From Camelus dromedarius (taxonomy: Eukaryota), in contig NC_087437.1 in the NCBI RefSeq assembly GCF_036321535.1, positions 14,014,001 through 14,078,000 of the forward strand: a stretch of DNA of 64,000 nt, in the 5' to 3' direction. Every line of letters begins with the position of its first letter. Positions within the stretch are counted from its first letter, which is position 1. The translations under genes were made by a program, and so were the position numbers. Below are positions 51,712 to 64,000 of this stretch, piece by piece. A model generated the notes under the pieces. That model was not told the DNA's origin. It worked only from the letters and a program-made list of their open reading frames with translations, and did no database searches.

Positions 51712-53264
51712 AAAAAAAAGTTACCACTTGTGTTACAGCCCTCTCTTACTCAGAAATTCTTTTGAGATGAGGCTTCTTCTTAAGGTTTATTCTTTAGTAT
51801 GATCCATTCTGCTTTCCAAATCCATTTTCATTCTCTTTTTAAAACCTTTAGTCCTCTGATGTGTACCCCTTCTGTTTTGGTGTTTTTATCAATTCCATTT
51901 TATAAAAAGTCTTTATTATTAATTCAAGGGGATTTTATTTGAGGGAGGGAAGATAAATGCTGACTTCAGTCTGCCATCTTGAACCCAAAATGCCAGATTT
52001 TCTTTTTAATACCCAGAAGTTCAGAATTTTAAACTCAAAATTATATATATACTAACTAGAGCAGAAAGTCTGCAAAATGATACCTTAATCACTGAACAGA
52101 TGAAGAGGTGACTATTTTAGAAAGCACTTCCTCATATTTAAGTAGTAGTTTCTTTATACACCACTCTATGTGCAAAGTTCCTCTCACACTAGATTGTCAC
52201 TAAAAATATGGTAAGTATTCATATAATTCAAGTAAAAACAGCAGCTGCTTTATAAACATATCAACTTTGAACATCTTTATTGAAAGAATTTTGGTCTTTT
52301 TCAGTTTCCTATTTGATTTTTGCTCATCCAGCTCTAGACCTCTCAATCATAGAAGATCAAAATGGAAACTTACTGTGTATCTAGTCATAATTATTTATAT
52401 TGTAGGTGAAGAAATTGAGGCTCTGAGAAAGAGTGATTTGCCCAAGACCACCTAACTTGTGGCAGGAACAGACTATAATCAAACTCTTACAATTTCTACA
52501 CCAGTGTTCCACCCACACATATATCCCAGTCCCTGCCTTACATATATTCATAATAGTTTTTATCTTTTCTTCACAGCATTTATCTTCTCTTGTTTAATAT
52601 CTCTCTTTTATGCTGAAGTATAAGCTCTAGAAGCATAAGCCCTGCCTTCTTATTCTTCCTTTTACTTTCAGTGGCTCTCTGGGTGCCTAATCCATTATTA
52701 GGTACCCAAAAATTATAAACTAAAGGAATGAGTGTGTCACATTACTTCTCTACTCTCAGTAAATTTACTGGGACTCAACTCCTTAAAATAGTAGCTTGTC
52801 GGGGGAGTGGTTGGTAGTATCTGTGAACAGTCTGAAATGACATATAAAATTTTCTGGGTATGCCTCTCTCGTTTAGTCTACAGTTTTCTTAATCCTCAAA
52901 GGGGCCATTAAAAAGAAAAGAAAAGAAAAAAAAACCCTGAAGGTCACTGCCTTAGGAAAAGGCTCCCAAACCAGTGTTTTACTCTAATATATTTAGGATC
53001 TCAACTTTACAAACAGCTAATTCCCTTTGACTTAATTTTTAATGCTACAGATTTATCTGTAGCATTCGCTTGGCATATTTTGGTAGCTTGGAATTTTTCA
53101 AGATCAGGTTCTGGAGCAGTTCAGTCCTAAGGTGAGGAGGGGCATCTAGGTAAGGACTGACGGCAAAGATATGGTACCACGGTACTTCTAGAAGCAGAGA
53201 TAAGAGAAGTAATTCATCAATAGTCCTTCAGCACAAATATATTGTTTGTTTATACAATACTTAC

Positions 53265-53391
53265 CTTTTCAGCTGGAAAGATATGCTGTTTCATGAACCA
53301 CTTAACCCTAGTAAGAAGTTCCTGGCCTGTCCTAGTCTGGGCAAACAATTTCCCGGTAGTATCAGTCTGTGGCAGTACAGGACCGAAAGTT
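53265..53391 (-). CDS. ACAD11: ACAD11 exon 9
   Basis: atgtag|A...AAG|gtaagt; (R)TFGPVLPQTDTTGKLFAQTRTGQELLTRVKWFMKQHIFPAEK; 127 nt. Confidence 0.95.
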
Positions 53392-54449
53392 CTACATAAA
53401 AAAGAAAAGTTACAAAGATTTCCAAAATCATTATTATAGATTTCTGAAAATAGTATGAAGTCTTCCCCAGTTCTCCAAAAATATCTCTCAGGAGTTTCCA
53501 TATTTTGGAGTTTTTAAAGTCTTTCATATTATGGAAGGAATGCAGAATCACTTTATTTTGGACATTAAACTTTAGTGCCTAAAGCACTTCTTGGAGAAGG
53601 CATAAGCGTGGCATGACCTCAATCAATGGTAGTTTAAAATCTTTATTGAAGTCACCTGTCAGAATCTCCAAAAAAGAAGGCAAATAAACTGAACACAAAT
53701 TTAATTACTGAGTATATGCCTCACAAATACAGCTGCTGGATGTCATTACAAACAAGATCTTTAAAGGTCATTATGAAGAGCAGCATAGTTATTTATTACG
53801 TTGTGAAGATCACAAATATCCAAGTACATGATGAACTATAAAATGCAACCATCGTAATGTTATGCCATGGGGAGTTGTGGCTTGGGCGGAATTTCCAGGG
53901 AGCACACCACCGATGCATTCAGTAAGTGCTTTACGTCACATCAGTTAGCTGGAGTCTGGTTGGAAAAACCGTCAGATGCCTCAAAAGTACTCCACTGGTG
54001 GAGACGTGGACTTCAAAGATGCTTATGAAATATCTGAATAAAATTTCAGGAAATGTGATGGTGGAAGAGAGCAACATTTCTAAACTTAATAAATCATCTT
54101 ATATAATACATAATTTTAAATAAGTATATGCAAGTAACTTAAATATTAGAAGGAAACATTTGAGAGTTCTATCAAGATCCTTAAAAGTTTATACATTCAT
54201 TTAGGTTGGCACACACACAAAAAAACCTTTTAATCATTAATATGTGTATTTTCTTTACATTTGAAGTCAATTTATTTTCTAGCATAGAAGACATATACTA
54301 AAAACAAACAAAAAAATCTGCCATAATTGGCAGCAGCAATCCTGGTGTTATAAGCAACAAAAACAAGACCTAATCCCCTAAGGTTTATGACCTTCACATA
54401 GGTAATAAAGGCTCTAATTTGAGTTAGCCACAGAATCAATTTTGCTTAC

Positions 54450-54556
54450 CTTTTTGAGAGTTGTAATCCAGTTTCTGCCAGAGGTTGCACAATATTGGCA
54501 AACCGAGAGCTACTTTCAGATGCATTATTTCCCAGAATATATCTACTATATACTCC
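54450..54556 (-). CDS. ACAD11: ACAD11 exon 8
   Basis: ttatag|GGA...AAA AG|gtaagc; GVYSRYILGNNASESSSRFANIVQPLAETGLQLSK(R); 107 nt. Confidence 0.95.
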
Positions 54557-56319
54557 CTATAAGTAAATTAACATAGAGTGATTAAAATTCATTGAAAACT
54601 ATTCTTCAGGCATCCAGTCTTTCCACAGTTTCCCAGCTATGTGAGTCACTAAACTTACTAAGTATTAACATATAAATCAAACTATCAATTCTAATAATTT
54701 ACATGCAGGAATAATTATACCTCCCCAAATTAAAGAATTACACTTGTATCATCTGGTTAACCTACTCTCATCATAACAGACTTGTAAGTGGGAATCAAAC
54801 CAAACTTGAAAATGAATTTGGCAGTAACCAAAGACACCAAATTGGCAAGTTATATCACCTCTAAATACCACTGCTCTCCCTTCACAGTGGGGAAAAATCT
54901 AAGGAAACCAAAAAAACACCCAAAAAACAAACAAACAAAACCTATAAAATACAAAACCAAAATAAAATTAAAAACTATAAAATATAAAACCAAAGAGAAA
55001 GCAGTGAGATGACCTCTGAGAATACCTCATTTTTGGATCCCTAATTTAGGTGAAGCTCTTCTCCTTTGAACGGTGTTAGCTGAATGCCAATCAGTTTTTC
55101 TTTCTTAATTCTTCTCCATGTTCTGTGCTTCTAACATAAAATACTCTCTTCTTCCCTGCCCCACCCCCTCAAATACACTCAACTGAATTTCATTAGTTTA
55201 TTTCTTTATATAATTCTTTGTGCAATAAAACACTATTAACAGTCATTTCATCATTTCCAATTTCCTATTTCTCATTAGAATGGAATGTTTATGATCATCT
55301 CTAAGGCTATAGTTTATAACACATATTGATTTCAATCATAAATCATATCAAACTTTTATTTAAAATAAAAATTCATTTTAAATTCAAAGCCTATTAGGTA
55401 TGTCATTTGTGGAAACTGGCAGACATAGAAACGTACCACAAACCCTGTTTTGAGAAACCCATCCAATCAACATGATTCTAAACTACAGGATGAGATGCAA
55501 CACAACTATTTCCTAGAAGACATTTCAGTTATTTGAGGATAGTATGATCTCTGAGGACACGGAAAAATAACCGTAATTTTCCTTAATTCTTTTTTTCCCA
55601 TTCTTTTTTATTTCTAAAATCTCTCATTTACTTGTTCTTCACCCAAGCCCTAACTCCTTGCCCCTGATTAAGCATCTCGATTTCTTAAACTCCTAAGATT
55701 CAAAGTAAAAGGAAACCGAGTTATTATAGTGAAGAAAGCACTTGCTTACACTGTAAATTTAAAAAACTGAATTTATGCTCAATTTCCTCTCAAAATTTAT
55801 CACGTAACTATCACATTATTAGAAAATGGAAAATGGACAAGTTTATTTATCTATCTATTCACTCAAAAAACATAATAAGAGACTACTATATGCTAGATAC
55901 TGTGCTAGGCTTTGGGAAATACAAATATAATTCTTTCCTCATCATTAGCCCTGGTTAATAAATGGTTTTATAGTCTGACTCAGACATCATTAAAAGATTT
56001 TAGCTCTTTCTTACATTGTGTATTCAGGAAATAACCAATTCTCACATGCTTTTCTCTTTCTCATTGTTTTTCTCCTTTACTCCATCTTTTTGGTTTATTA
56101 TACCAAAATGTGGTAACACACTTTAATACTCAACTTTTTCCCTTGCCAAATTTCTATTCTGTAAACTCTGGATTTATATTTTACCCATGTCTGGTATTTG
56201 TCACTATAAAAGACAAATTGACTTCAGAATGAAGAATATAAAACCCCCAAAGACAAGAAAATATTGTCAACAGTACATCAATAAATAATGGTGAAACATA
56301 TGTTATAAAAATTAATTAC

Positions 56320-56441
56320 CTGTGCTATTCCAGCCATTTTAAAATATGAAAGGGCAAGAAAGAAATTCCAGTTAGGAAGATTAGAATTAATTCCCCTACA
56401 GCGGCAATATATTGAAATCAGTTCTTCCATTGATGGTACCC
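56320..56441 (-). CDS. ACAD11: ACAD11 exon 7
   Basis: ttacag|GG...CAG|gtaatt; (G)VPSMEELISIYCRCRGINSNLPNWNFFLALSYFKMAGIAQ; 122 nt. Confidence 0.96.
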
Positions 56442-56806
56442 CTGTAAAAGCAGCACATACTCTAAACTTTAATAGAAAAATCATGGTGAATACATCAAAA
56501 TATTATAATATTACATATGTATATAAAACTGAATATAACAACCATTAATCCACATAACAAGATATGTTCTAAATGTTGATTTCCAAAAGAACATTATATG
56601 TAAATGATTATATTTTGTCATAAATTAGTAAAAGTGGAATGCTATATTCAAAAAACTCAATAAAGAATAAAATGATTTAGAAACATTTCAAGAAACAAAT
56701 CAAAGATATTTATGCAAGATTATAATATAATCCTATTTTTTAATTATGAAGAAAAATAAAGATAATTTTATATTAATAGTAATTTAGGCAACATTATGTT
56801 TCATAC

Positions 56807-56948
56807 CTATGTTTTCTTTCCAATAAGAACTTTGATTTATCATTGGAATTGTCCTTGGCCAAAAGTACAAGAGGGAGAAATGAGCCAAGTCTGACAAAGG
56901 ATGACCAATGGTCGAAAGCTCCCAATCCAGTACAGCTATAACGCGAGA
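56807..56948 (-). CDS. ACAD11: ACAD11 exon 6 (aminoglycoside-phosphotransferase-like kinase domain, DWE motif)
   Basis: ttacag|TCT...ATA G|gtatga; SRVIAVLDWELSTIGHPLSDLAHFSLLYFWPRTIPMINQSSYWKENI(G); 142 nt. Absent from the supplied ORF track and read by hand. Confidence 0.94.
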
Positions 56949-59169
56949 CTGTAATTAAAAATGAAAAGATTTTAATATATTAAATCTAAAATAAGGAAAT
57001 AAATGAAACAGAATATAGCAAAAGCCATAGTTTCCATCAAAAGTAAATCTAAACCTGCAGTTTGCAGTCTTTTCCCACAGTGGCACACTTCACTTTTCAA
57101 ATAACTAATTTTAATAGCCTTGAAGGAGTAGAGCCGAGTGCCCCGGTTCCATTACCAGCTGTCAGTTTTGCATTTTACTTTACACAGCCTTAACATGTTT
57201 ACTAATGAAAGGAGGCAAAATCAGTTGAAACTTTTCAACTAGGAGTAACTATGGTAGAGAAGAAATTCTAATAATTACTTATAATTTACGAAGCTATGCT
57301 CTGGTGATGAATCTTACATAGACATACACATAGACACTACACTCCTATGGCCATAGTAATTTTTAAAGTAAGTTATTTCATGCTGTAGGTACAAAAATAT
57401 AATCGTTATAAAAGATGCCATTTGTTTTATGAATATAAAATCCATTATATAGCAACATGATAAGTGTCATGTAATTTGGAACTAATAACACAGAAAGCTT
57501 TCCTCATTCTATTTTGTCGCAATATGTATCAAGGGAATATATATCTTTAAGTTAATAACTCAGGACATTCAATTGCAAATACTAGAGGAAAAGGTAATTT
57601 GCAGAATAATACGTAGAGTATGGTACTATTTCTGTTTAAATATAAAGGTTGTAAATGCACACTCAAGGTTGAAAGAATATACACCAAACCGATAGCAATG
57701 GTTATGGTTACTTCAAGGTACTGAGGCAGGAGGGATGGGATGTGGGAGGAGATGCTCCATCGAGAGGGTTCTGAATGGAGCAGTGACATGATAGGACTCG
57801 TTGTTAAGGTCACTGTAGCTGCGATGTTTTGAATAGACTGCAGAGGGGACAGTGAGGAGGCTGCAGCAATGATCTAGACAAGATTATCTAAACCAGATAA
57901 AACAGCCGAGCTCATCTGGGCAGTACAAATTATTGGGTTTCATGCCTCTATATAACCTTGTGTTTGCACTCCCTTGCCACTCTTGCACACTTGTACACAT
58001 TATTGTAGCTTTATGGAAAAACGTGGACTTCAAAATCACACAGACTAGTATTCAAATCCCAAATGGTGGACATTTACTGGCTGTGCAATAGTGGACACAC
58101 TAGTTAACCTAATTTTCAATTTTTGCAGCTGCATAGAATTGTGTGAAAATTAAATAAGGGCAGACAGAAAGTCCATTTTGTTCACCAGTATCTAGCAGAG
58201 TACCTGGCACACAGCAGGTGGCTAAAATGTATTTATTCAGTGAGTAAGTACAGAGTCTGGAATATAGCAGGAAATAAAAAATTTACCATTGTGACTTTGG
58301 GAAAAAGCGATCACTCCTTCCTCCATGATTTGACTTCATAAGACCTTCTATGGTTGTGGTTAGATCATATTATTATAAGTTACCATACTTGCTAGATTTG
58401 TTAAATTTGCTTAAAAAAAGATTGGATGTATTTTTCTCTATAGCATTCTGTTTATTTCTATGCTCTTAACATCCAAAGAAAAGAAGATGATACACTTAAT
58501 TATGCTATAAATGTTTACAATTGTTTCAGTGAAAATTGGGAATTTTCTCTGGAGTAAAGTTTTAAGATGTCTGAAATATTTTTTCAGTAATTACACAAAG
58601 CTATAAAACAACAGCCAGTGAGAAAAAACAATGGTTCATTAAATTATATCAATTAGTATATGCTAATTAGCAATAATTTATTAGAACCCTTTGTATGCCT
58701 ATTTGTGTATAGAGCTGTAAAAGCTCAGCATAACTCCTAGTGGATGAGATGGACATTTACTAGTTCACTTTGGTGCTAAAGAACTTATTAATAAAATGAT
58801 TTATGACAGTTTTTCTGAAAAAGCTTTTCATTTTGATTATCTTCTACATTGAGTTTTATTTTCTATGTATGCTTTTTGCCCTACTGAATTTTATTAATAT
58901 GTATGTATATTACCTTTTCAAAACAAAAGAAACAAATGCAATCCAACAGGACAAACAGTAGGTGAAGAGGGCAGGGAAAAAGATAATAATTTTAAACAAA
59001 AAGATAAAGCTGGGAGTAAGGTTATTACCTAAAATTAAATGTCATAGGTTATATATAGTTGTTAGTGTTGACAGCAGAATTTGCTCTGATTTTTCTAAGG
59101 ACAGAATAAAGTGTGAAGCATGACAAGTCACAATGTTTATAGTGCATGTAGAGTAAAATAAACCAGCTG

Positions 59170-59665
59170 CACTTGGGTTGCCTCCAGGTGCCCATCAACA
59201 ATTGATTAGATGAAGAAGATGTGGTATATATACAACGGTATATTACTCAACCATAAAAAAAGAGTGAAATACTGCCATTTGCAGCAACATGGCTAGACAT
59301 AAAGAATATTATACTTAGTGAAGTTAGGCAGAGAAAGACAAATATTGTATGATATCACTTAAATGTAGAATCTAAAAAATAGTACAGAATAATGTATACG
59401 CAAAAGGAAAACAGACTCAAAGATACAGAAAACAAACTTGTGGTTACTAAAGGGAGGGACAAATTAAGGGTATGAGATTAACAGATACAAACTACCATAT
59501 ATAAAATAGATAAGCAACAAGGATACATTGTATAGCACAAGAAAAACTATACCCAGTATCTTATAATAACCTATAATGGAATATAATCTACAAAAATATT
59601 GAATCACTATGTTGTGAATGTGAAATAACATAATACTGTAAATCAACTGTACTTTAAAACAAAGC
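59170..59665 (+). mobile_element. 5'-truncated L1 3' end with a short 5' inversion
   Basis: L1 3' UTR text (gccatttgcagcaacatgg, cagaaaacaaacttgtggttac), flanked by AAACCAGCTGC and AAAACAGCTGC. Confidence 0.8.
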
Positions 59666-59699
59666 AAAACAGCTGCTCAAGAGTATCAATTTTGTTGGT

Positions 59700-62600
59700 G
59701 AGATTGGCCAAGATGGCAGAGTAGAAAGACCATGAGCTCATCTCCTCTCACGAGCACACCAAAATCACAACTATTTGCCGAATCAACAACAATGAAAAAG
59801 ACCAGAACCTACAAGAAAAGATCTTCTACAACTGAACACATAAAGAAGGAACCACAGTTGGATGGGAAGAATGGGTGGAATCACAATATAGTCAGGTCCC
59901 ATACCCCTGGGTGGGTGACCACAAACTGGAGAATAATTACATTGAAGAAGTTCCCCCAAAGGAGTGAGAGGTCTGAGCCTTATGTCAGGCTCCCCAGCCT
60001 GGGGGTGCTGTACTGGGAATTTGAACCCTTAGAGCATTTGGCTTTGAAGGCCAGTGGGGTTTAATTTCAGGAGTCCCAGAGGACTGGTAGAAATAAAAGA
60101 CTTCACTCTAAAAGGATGCACACAAAATCTCACACATTTCAGGACCCTGGGTAAAAGCAGTAATTTGACAGGAGTCTAAGTCAGACCTATTTGCTGGTCT
60201 TGAAGAGTCTCCCAGAGAGGCAGGAAACAACTAGAGCTCACCACGGGGACATAGACTGGTGGCGGCTATTCTTGGCAGCTCCTTCTATCACATGGACTCT
60301 GGTGCTGGTGGGCACTATTGTGGAATCCTCCCTCCAACTTCTTAGCCCCAGTACCCAGACCTGTCCTGGCCCAACAGCCTGTAGGTGCCAATGCTGGGAC
60401 ACCTTATGCCAAGCAACTAACTGGGTGGGGACACAACCCCACCTATCAGCAGACAGGCTGCCTTGAGACACCCTGAACCAACAGTTATCTCTGAAGATGG
60501 CCCTGTCCACCAGGGGGCCCAGGACTCAGATCTACCCACCATGGGCAGACACAAGATGCAAGAAAACCACAATCCTGCAACTTGCATATTCAGTCTCCCT
60601 ACCAGCAGGCGAGATGCTGCCCTGGAACCAGCTGAGCCCCAGGCTTGTCCACTAATAGGCCAATACAAGCTTCAGGACACCCCAGACCCTGTACCTAATT
60701 CTGTTAGGAACCCACCCTGTCACCTGTGATGTGGCACCATCTCTGGGTCCCCTGGGCCATGCAACCAGACCCCAGGACCTTCTTGGCCTACCAGTAGTCC
60801 AGTACTAACCCCAGGACCTTGCTTCACCCATTAGTGAGTGGGCAACAACCCCTGGAGTCTTTTGGACCCTGAATTTGCCCAGTAGTGAGCCAGCACTACC
60901 TTTGAGGTCCCCTAGGTTTCTTTAGTTAGCTGCTTTGTGAGCCAGCCTACCAACCAGCAGCTGGCAGCCTCCACACAAGGCAGGGCTGGCAACCAATGAA
61001 ACCAGGGGGCAACCAATCCTACCAGTCTGCCCTCACAGTCAGATTGCCACAACAGAAGGACCCATGTTCCTCTTAGGGGAAACCCTGAGAGCACATAGCT
61101 TGAGTGATGAGAGAAATGTGCTGCTGGGATGCATAGGACGTCTCCTACAGAAGGTCACTTTTCCAAGGTTGGAAAACATAACTAATGTAACAGATACATA
61201 ACAATATAAACAGCAACATAGGCAAAATGAGGCAACAGAGGAACACGTTCCTGACAAAGGAACCAGCCAAACCCCAGAAGAAGGACTAAGTAACTAGGTA
61301 GTGCCTGGAGATAGGCGATCAACCCAAAAAATACTTCAGGCTAGTGACCATATAGATAATAAAAAAAAACTCAGGAGGAGAATGGATGTGGAGGAGTGGG
61401 ATGTTAGAAGTTTTTAACAGAATCAGAAAATATAAAGAGCAACCAAACAACAATGAAGAATACAGTAAATGAAATAAAAAAATATACTAGAAGAAATCAA
61501 TGATAGACTAAATGATACAGAGGAACAGATCAGTGAGTTGAAAGACAGAGTAATGAAGATAATGATTCTGAACAGTAAAAAAGGAAAAAGAATGAAAAGA
61601 AATAAGGACAGTTTAAGAGACCTCTGGGACAACATCAAGGGCACTAACATCTGCAATATAAAGGTCCCAGAAGGCGGAGAGAGAGAGAAGGGGTTGAGAA
61701 CATATTTGAAGACATAATAGCTGAAAGGCCACTGGGGAAAAGAAACAGATATCCAAGCGGTAAGTGTAGAGTGCCGTACAGGATTAACTTAAAGAGAAAT
61801 ACACCACGACACACTGTAACCAAAATGGCTAAATCAAAGACAAAGAGAGAATATTAAAAGCAGCAAGGGAAAGGCAACAAATAACATACCAGGGAATGCC
61901 CAAAAGGCTATCAGCTGATTTTTTCAGCAGAAACCCTGCAGGCCAGAAGGGAGTGGCGTGATACATTTAAAGTGATGAAAGGGAAATACCCTGCTACTAT
62001 GAATACTCCACCCAACAAGGCTCTTGATGGGCTTTCATGAGGAGATTAAAAGCTTTACAGATAAGCGAAAACTAAGAGTTCAGCACCACCAAACCAGCTT
62101 TACAAGAAATGCTGAAGGAACTTCTCTAATTAAAAAAAAAGAAATGGCTGTAACTAGAAACACGAAAATTACAAAATGAAAAGTTCATTCGAAAGGGTAA
62201 ACATACAGTAAAGTAGGAAATCATCCACGTACAAAGCTAGTAGGAAGGTTAAAAAACAAAAGCAGTAAAATCATCCACATCCACAATAAGCAGTTAAAGG
62301 GTACATAAAACAATTAGATGTAAAATATGTTATCATAAACAGTAATCATGAGGAGAGTACAAATGCAAGGTTTTTAGAATGCATTTGAAATTAACAGATC
62401 AGCAACTTAAAACAATCATGTATACATATAGACTCCTATATAGAAACTTCATGGTAACCACAAACTGAAAATCTATAATAGATATATATATATACAAAAA
62501 AGAAAAAAGAATCCAAACATAATACTAAAGGTAATCAACAAATCACAAGAGAAGAGAAAAAAGAAGAAAAGAAAAAAAAGAGACCTACAAAAACAATCTC

Positions 62601-64000
62601 AAAACAATTAACAAAATGGCAAAAAGAACATACATATTGATAATTATCTTAAATGTAAATGGACAAAATGCTCCAATCGAAAGACACAGAGTAACTGTGG
62701 ATGGATAAAAAATAAGACCTGAATATTTGCTGCCTATTAGAGACTCATTTTATGTCTAAAGACAAATACAGACTGAAAGTGAAAAGATGGAAAAAAGTTA
62801 TTTCATACAAATGGAAATCAAAAGAAAGCTTCAGTAACAATACATAAATCAGACAAAATAGATTTCAAAATAAAGACTGTTAAAAGGACACTACATAATG
62901 CTCAAGGGATCAATGCAAGAAGAATATATAACAATTATAAATATATATGCACCCAACATAGGAGCACCTCAATATATAAAGCAAATATTAATGGACATAA
63001 AGGGAGAAATTGACAGTAACACAATAATAGCAAGAGACTTTAACATCCCACTTACGTCAATGGACGGATCATCCAGACAGAAAATCAATAAGGAAACACA
63101 GGCCTTAAATAACACATCAGACCAAACGGACTTAATTGATACATATATAGAGCATTCCATCCGAAAGCAGCAGAATACACGTTCTTTTCAAGCGCATATG
63201 GAACATTCTCCAGGACAGATCTCATGCTGGGCCACAAATGAATCCTCAGTAAATGTAAGAAAACTGAAATCATATTAAGCTTCTTTTCCAACCACAACAC
63301 TATGAGACTAGAAACCAACTACAAGAAAAAAAATTGCAAAACCCACAAACACATGAAGGCTAAACAATATGCTAAACAACCAATGGGTCACTGAAGAAAT
63401 CAAAGAGGAAATAAAAAAATACCTGGAGATAAATGGAAACAAAAACAAGATAATCCAAAACCTATGGGATGCAGCAAAAGCAATACTAAGAGGGAGGTTT
63501 TTAGTGATACAAGCTTACCTCAGGAACAAGAAAAATCTCAAAAAAACGACCTAAACTTACATGTAAAGCAACTAGAGAAAGAAAAACAAACAAATCCCAA
63601 AGTTACTAGAAGGAAAGAAATCATAAAGATCAGAACAGAAATAAATGAAATAGAGACTAAAAAAAACCAAGAAAAGATCAGTGAAGCTAAAAGCCGGTTC
63701 TCTGAAAAGATAAGAAAAATTGATAAAATTTTAGTCAGACTCATCAAGAAAAAAAAAGGGAGAGGGTTCAAATCAATAAAATGAGAAACAGAAAATGAGA
63801 AGTTACAACTGACACCACAGAGATACAAAGAGTCGTGAGAGACTACTACAACAACTATATGCCAATAAAACGGACAACTTAGTAAAATGGACAAATGCTT
63901 AGAAATGTACAATCTCCCAAGACTGAACCAGGAAGAAACAGAAAATATGACCAGACCAATTACCAGTATGAAATTGAATTAGTAATTTAAAAACTCCCAA
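59700..64000 (+). mobile_element. Second long inactive LINE-1 (5' UTR, ORF1, spacer, ORF2 endonuclease region), cut by the window edge, in ACAD11 intron 5
   Basis: Starts ccaagatggcagagtag. 5' UTR is homologous to 45565 onward. ORF2 EN remnant NIYAPNIGAPQYIKQIL...DFNIPL at 62898-63278; multiple disablements. Confidence 0.93.

Larger units (their letters stand above)
2727..56948 (-). other. ACAD11: ACAD11 gene, partial: coding exons 6-20; exons 1-5 lie beyond the right edge of the window
   Basis: 15 exons with GT-AG boundaries total 1644 nt and splice into one open frame. Motifs: kinase-like VLDWELSTIGHP, then acyl-CoA dehydrogenase motifs [49 protein letters not shown] and ADGPDEVH. The nested ACKR4 matches the known mammalian arrangement. 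Confidence 0.97.

Noticed and set aside
1..64000. A previously undescribed multi-gene system, CRISPR array or prokaryotic-style operon
   Set aside because: The window is explained by ACAD11, nested ACKR4 and mammalian repeats. I found no repeat-spacer array or unexplained long ORF.

Overview
Mammalian genomic DNA, most likely camelid, judged from two Vic-1-type tRNA-derived SINEs and no recognisable Alu, Bov-A/BovB or PRE elements. The minus strand carries the last 15 coding exons of ACAD11 (exons 6-20 by the human 20-exon numbering recalled from memory). All have GT-AG boundaries and consistent phases, and they splice into an uninterrupted 547-codon frame ending ...SLRAKV*. The atypical chemokine receptor ACKR4 (350 aa, one coding exon, plus a probable upstream non-coding exon) is nested on the plus strand inside ACAD11 intron 13. 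The introns are rich in L1 (one near-full-length dead copy with a 19-bp TSD, a second long copy cut by the window edge, many fragments), L2, MIR, hAT DNA-transposon relics and SINEs. I see no evidence of a wholly new multi-gene system. The most unusual structures are: a decayed duplicate of ACAD11 exon 18 with an intact acceptor inside intron 19; about 180 bp of non-L1 DNA co-inserted at the 3' end of the long L1; a tail-less internal L1 fragment inserted into an older L1; an ACKR4 splice junction that regenerates its own donor; and a long degenerate inverted repeat in intron 13. Repeat family names come from recalled consensus sequences, and repeat boundaries are approximate unless a TSD is quoted.
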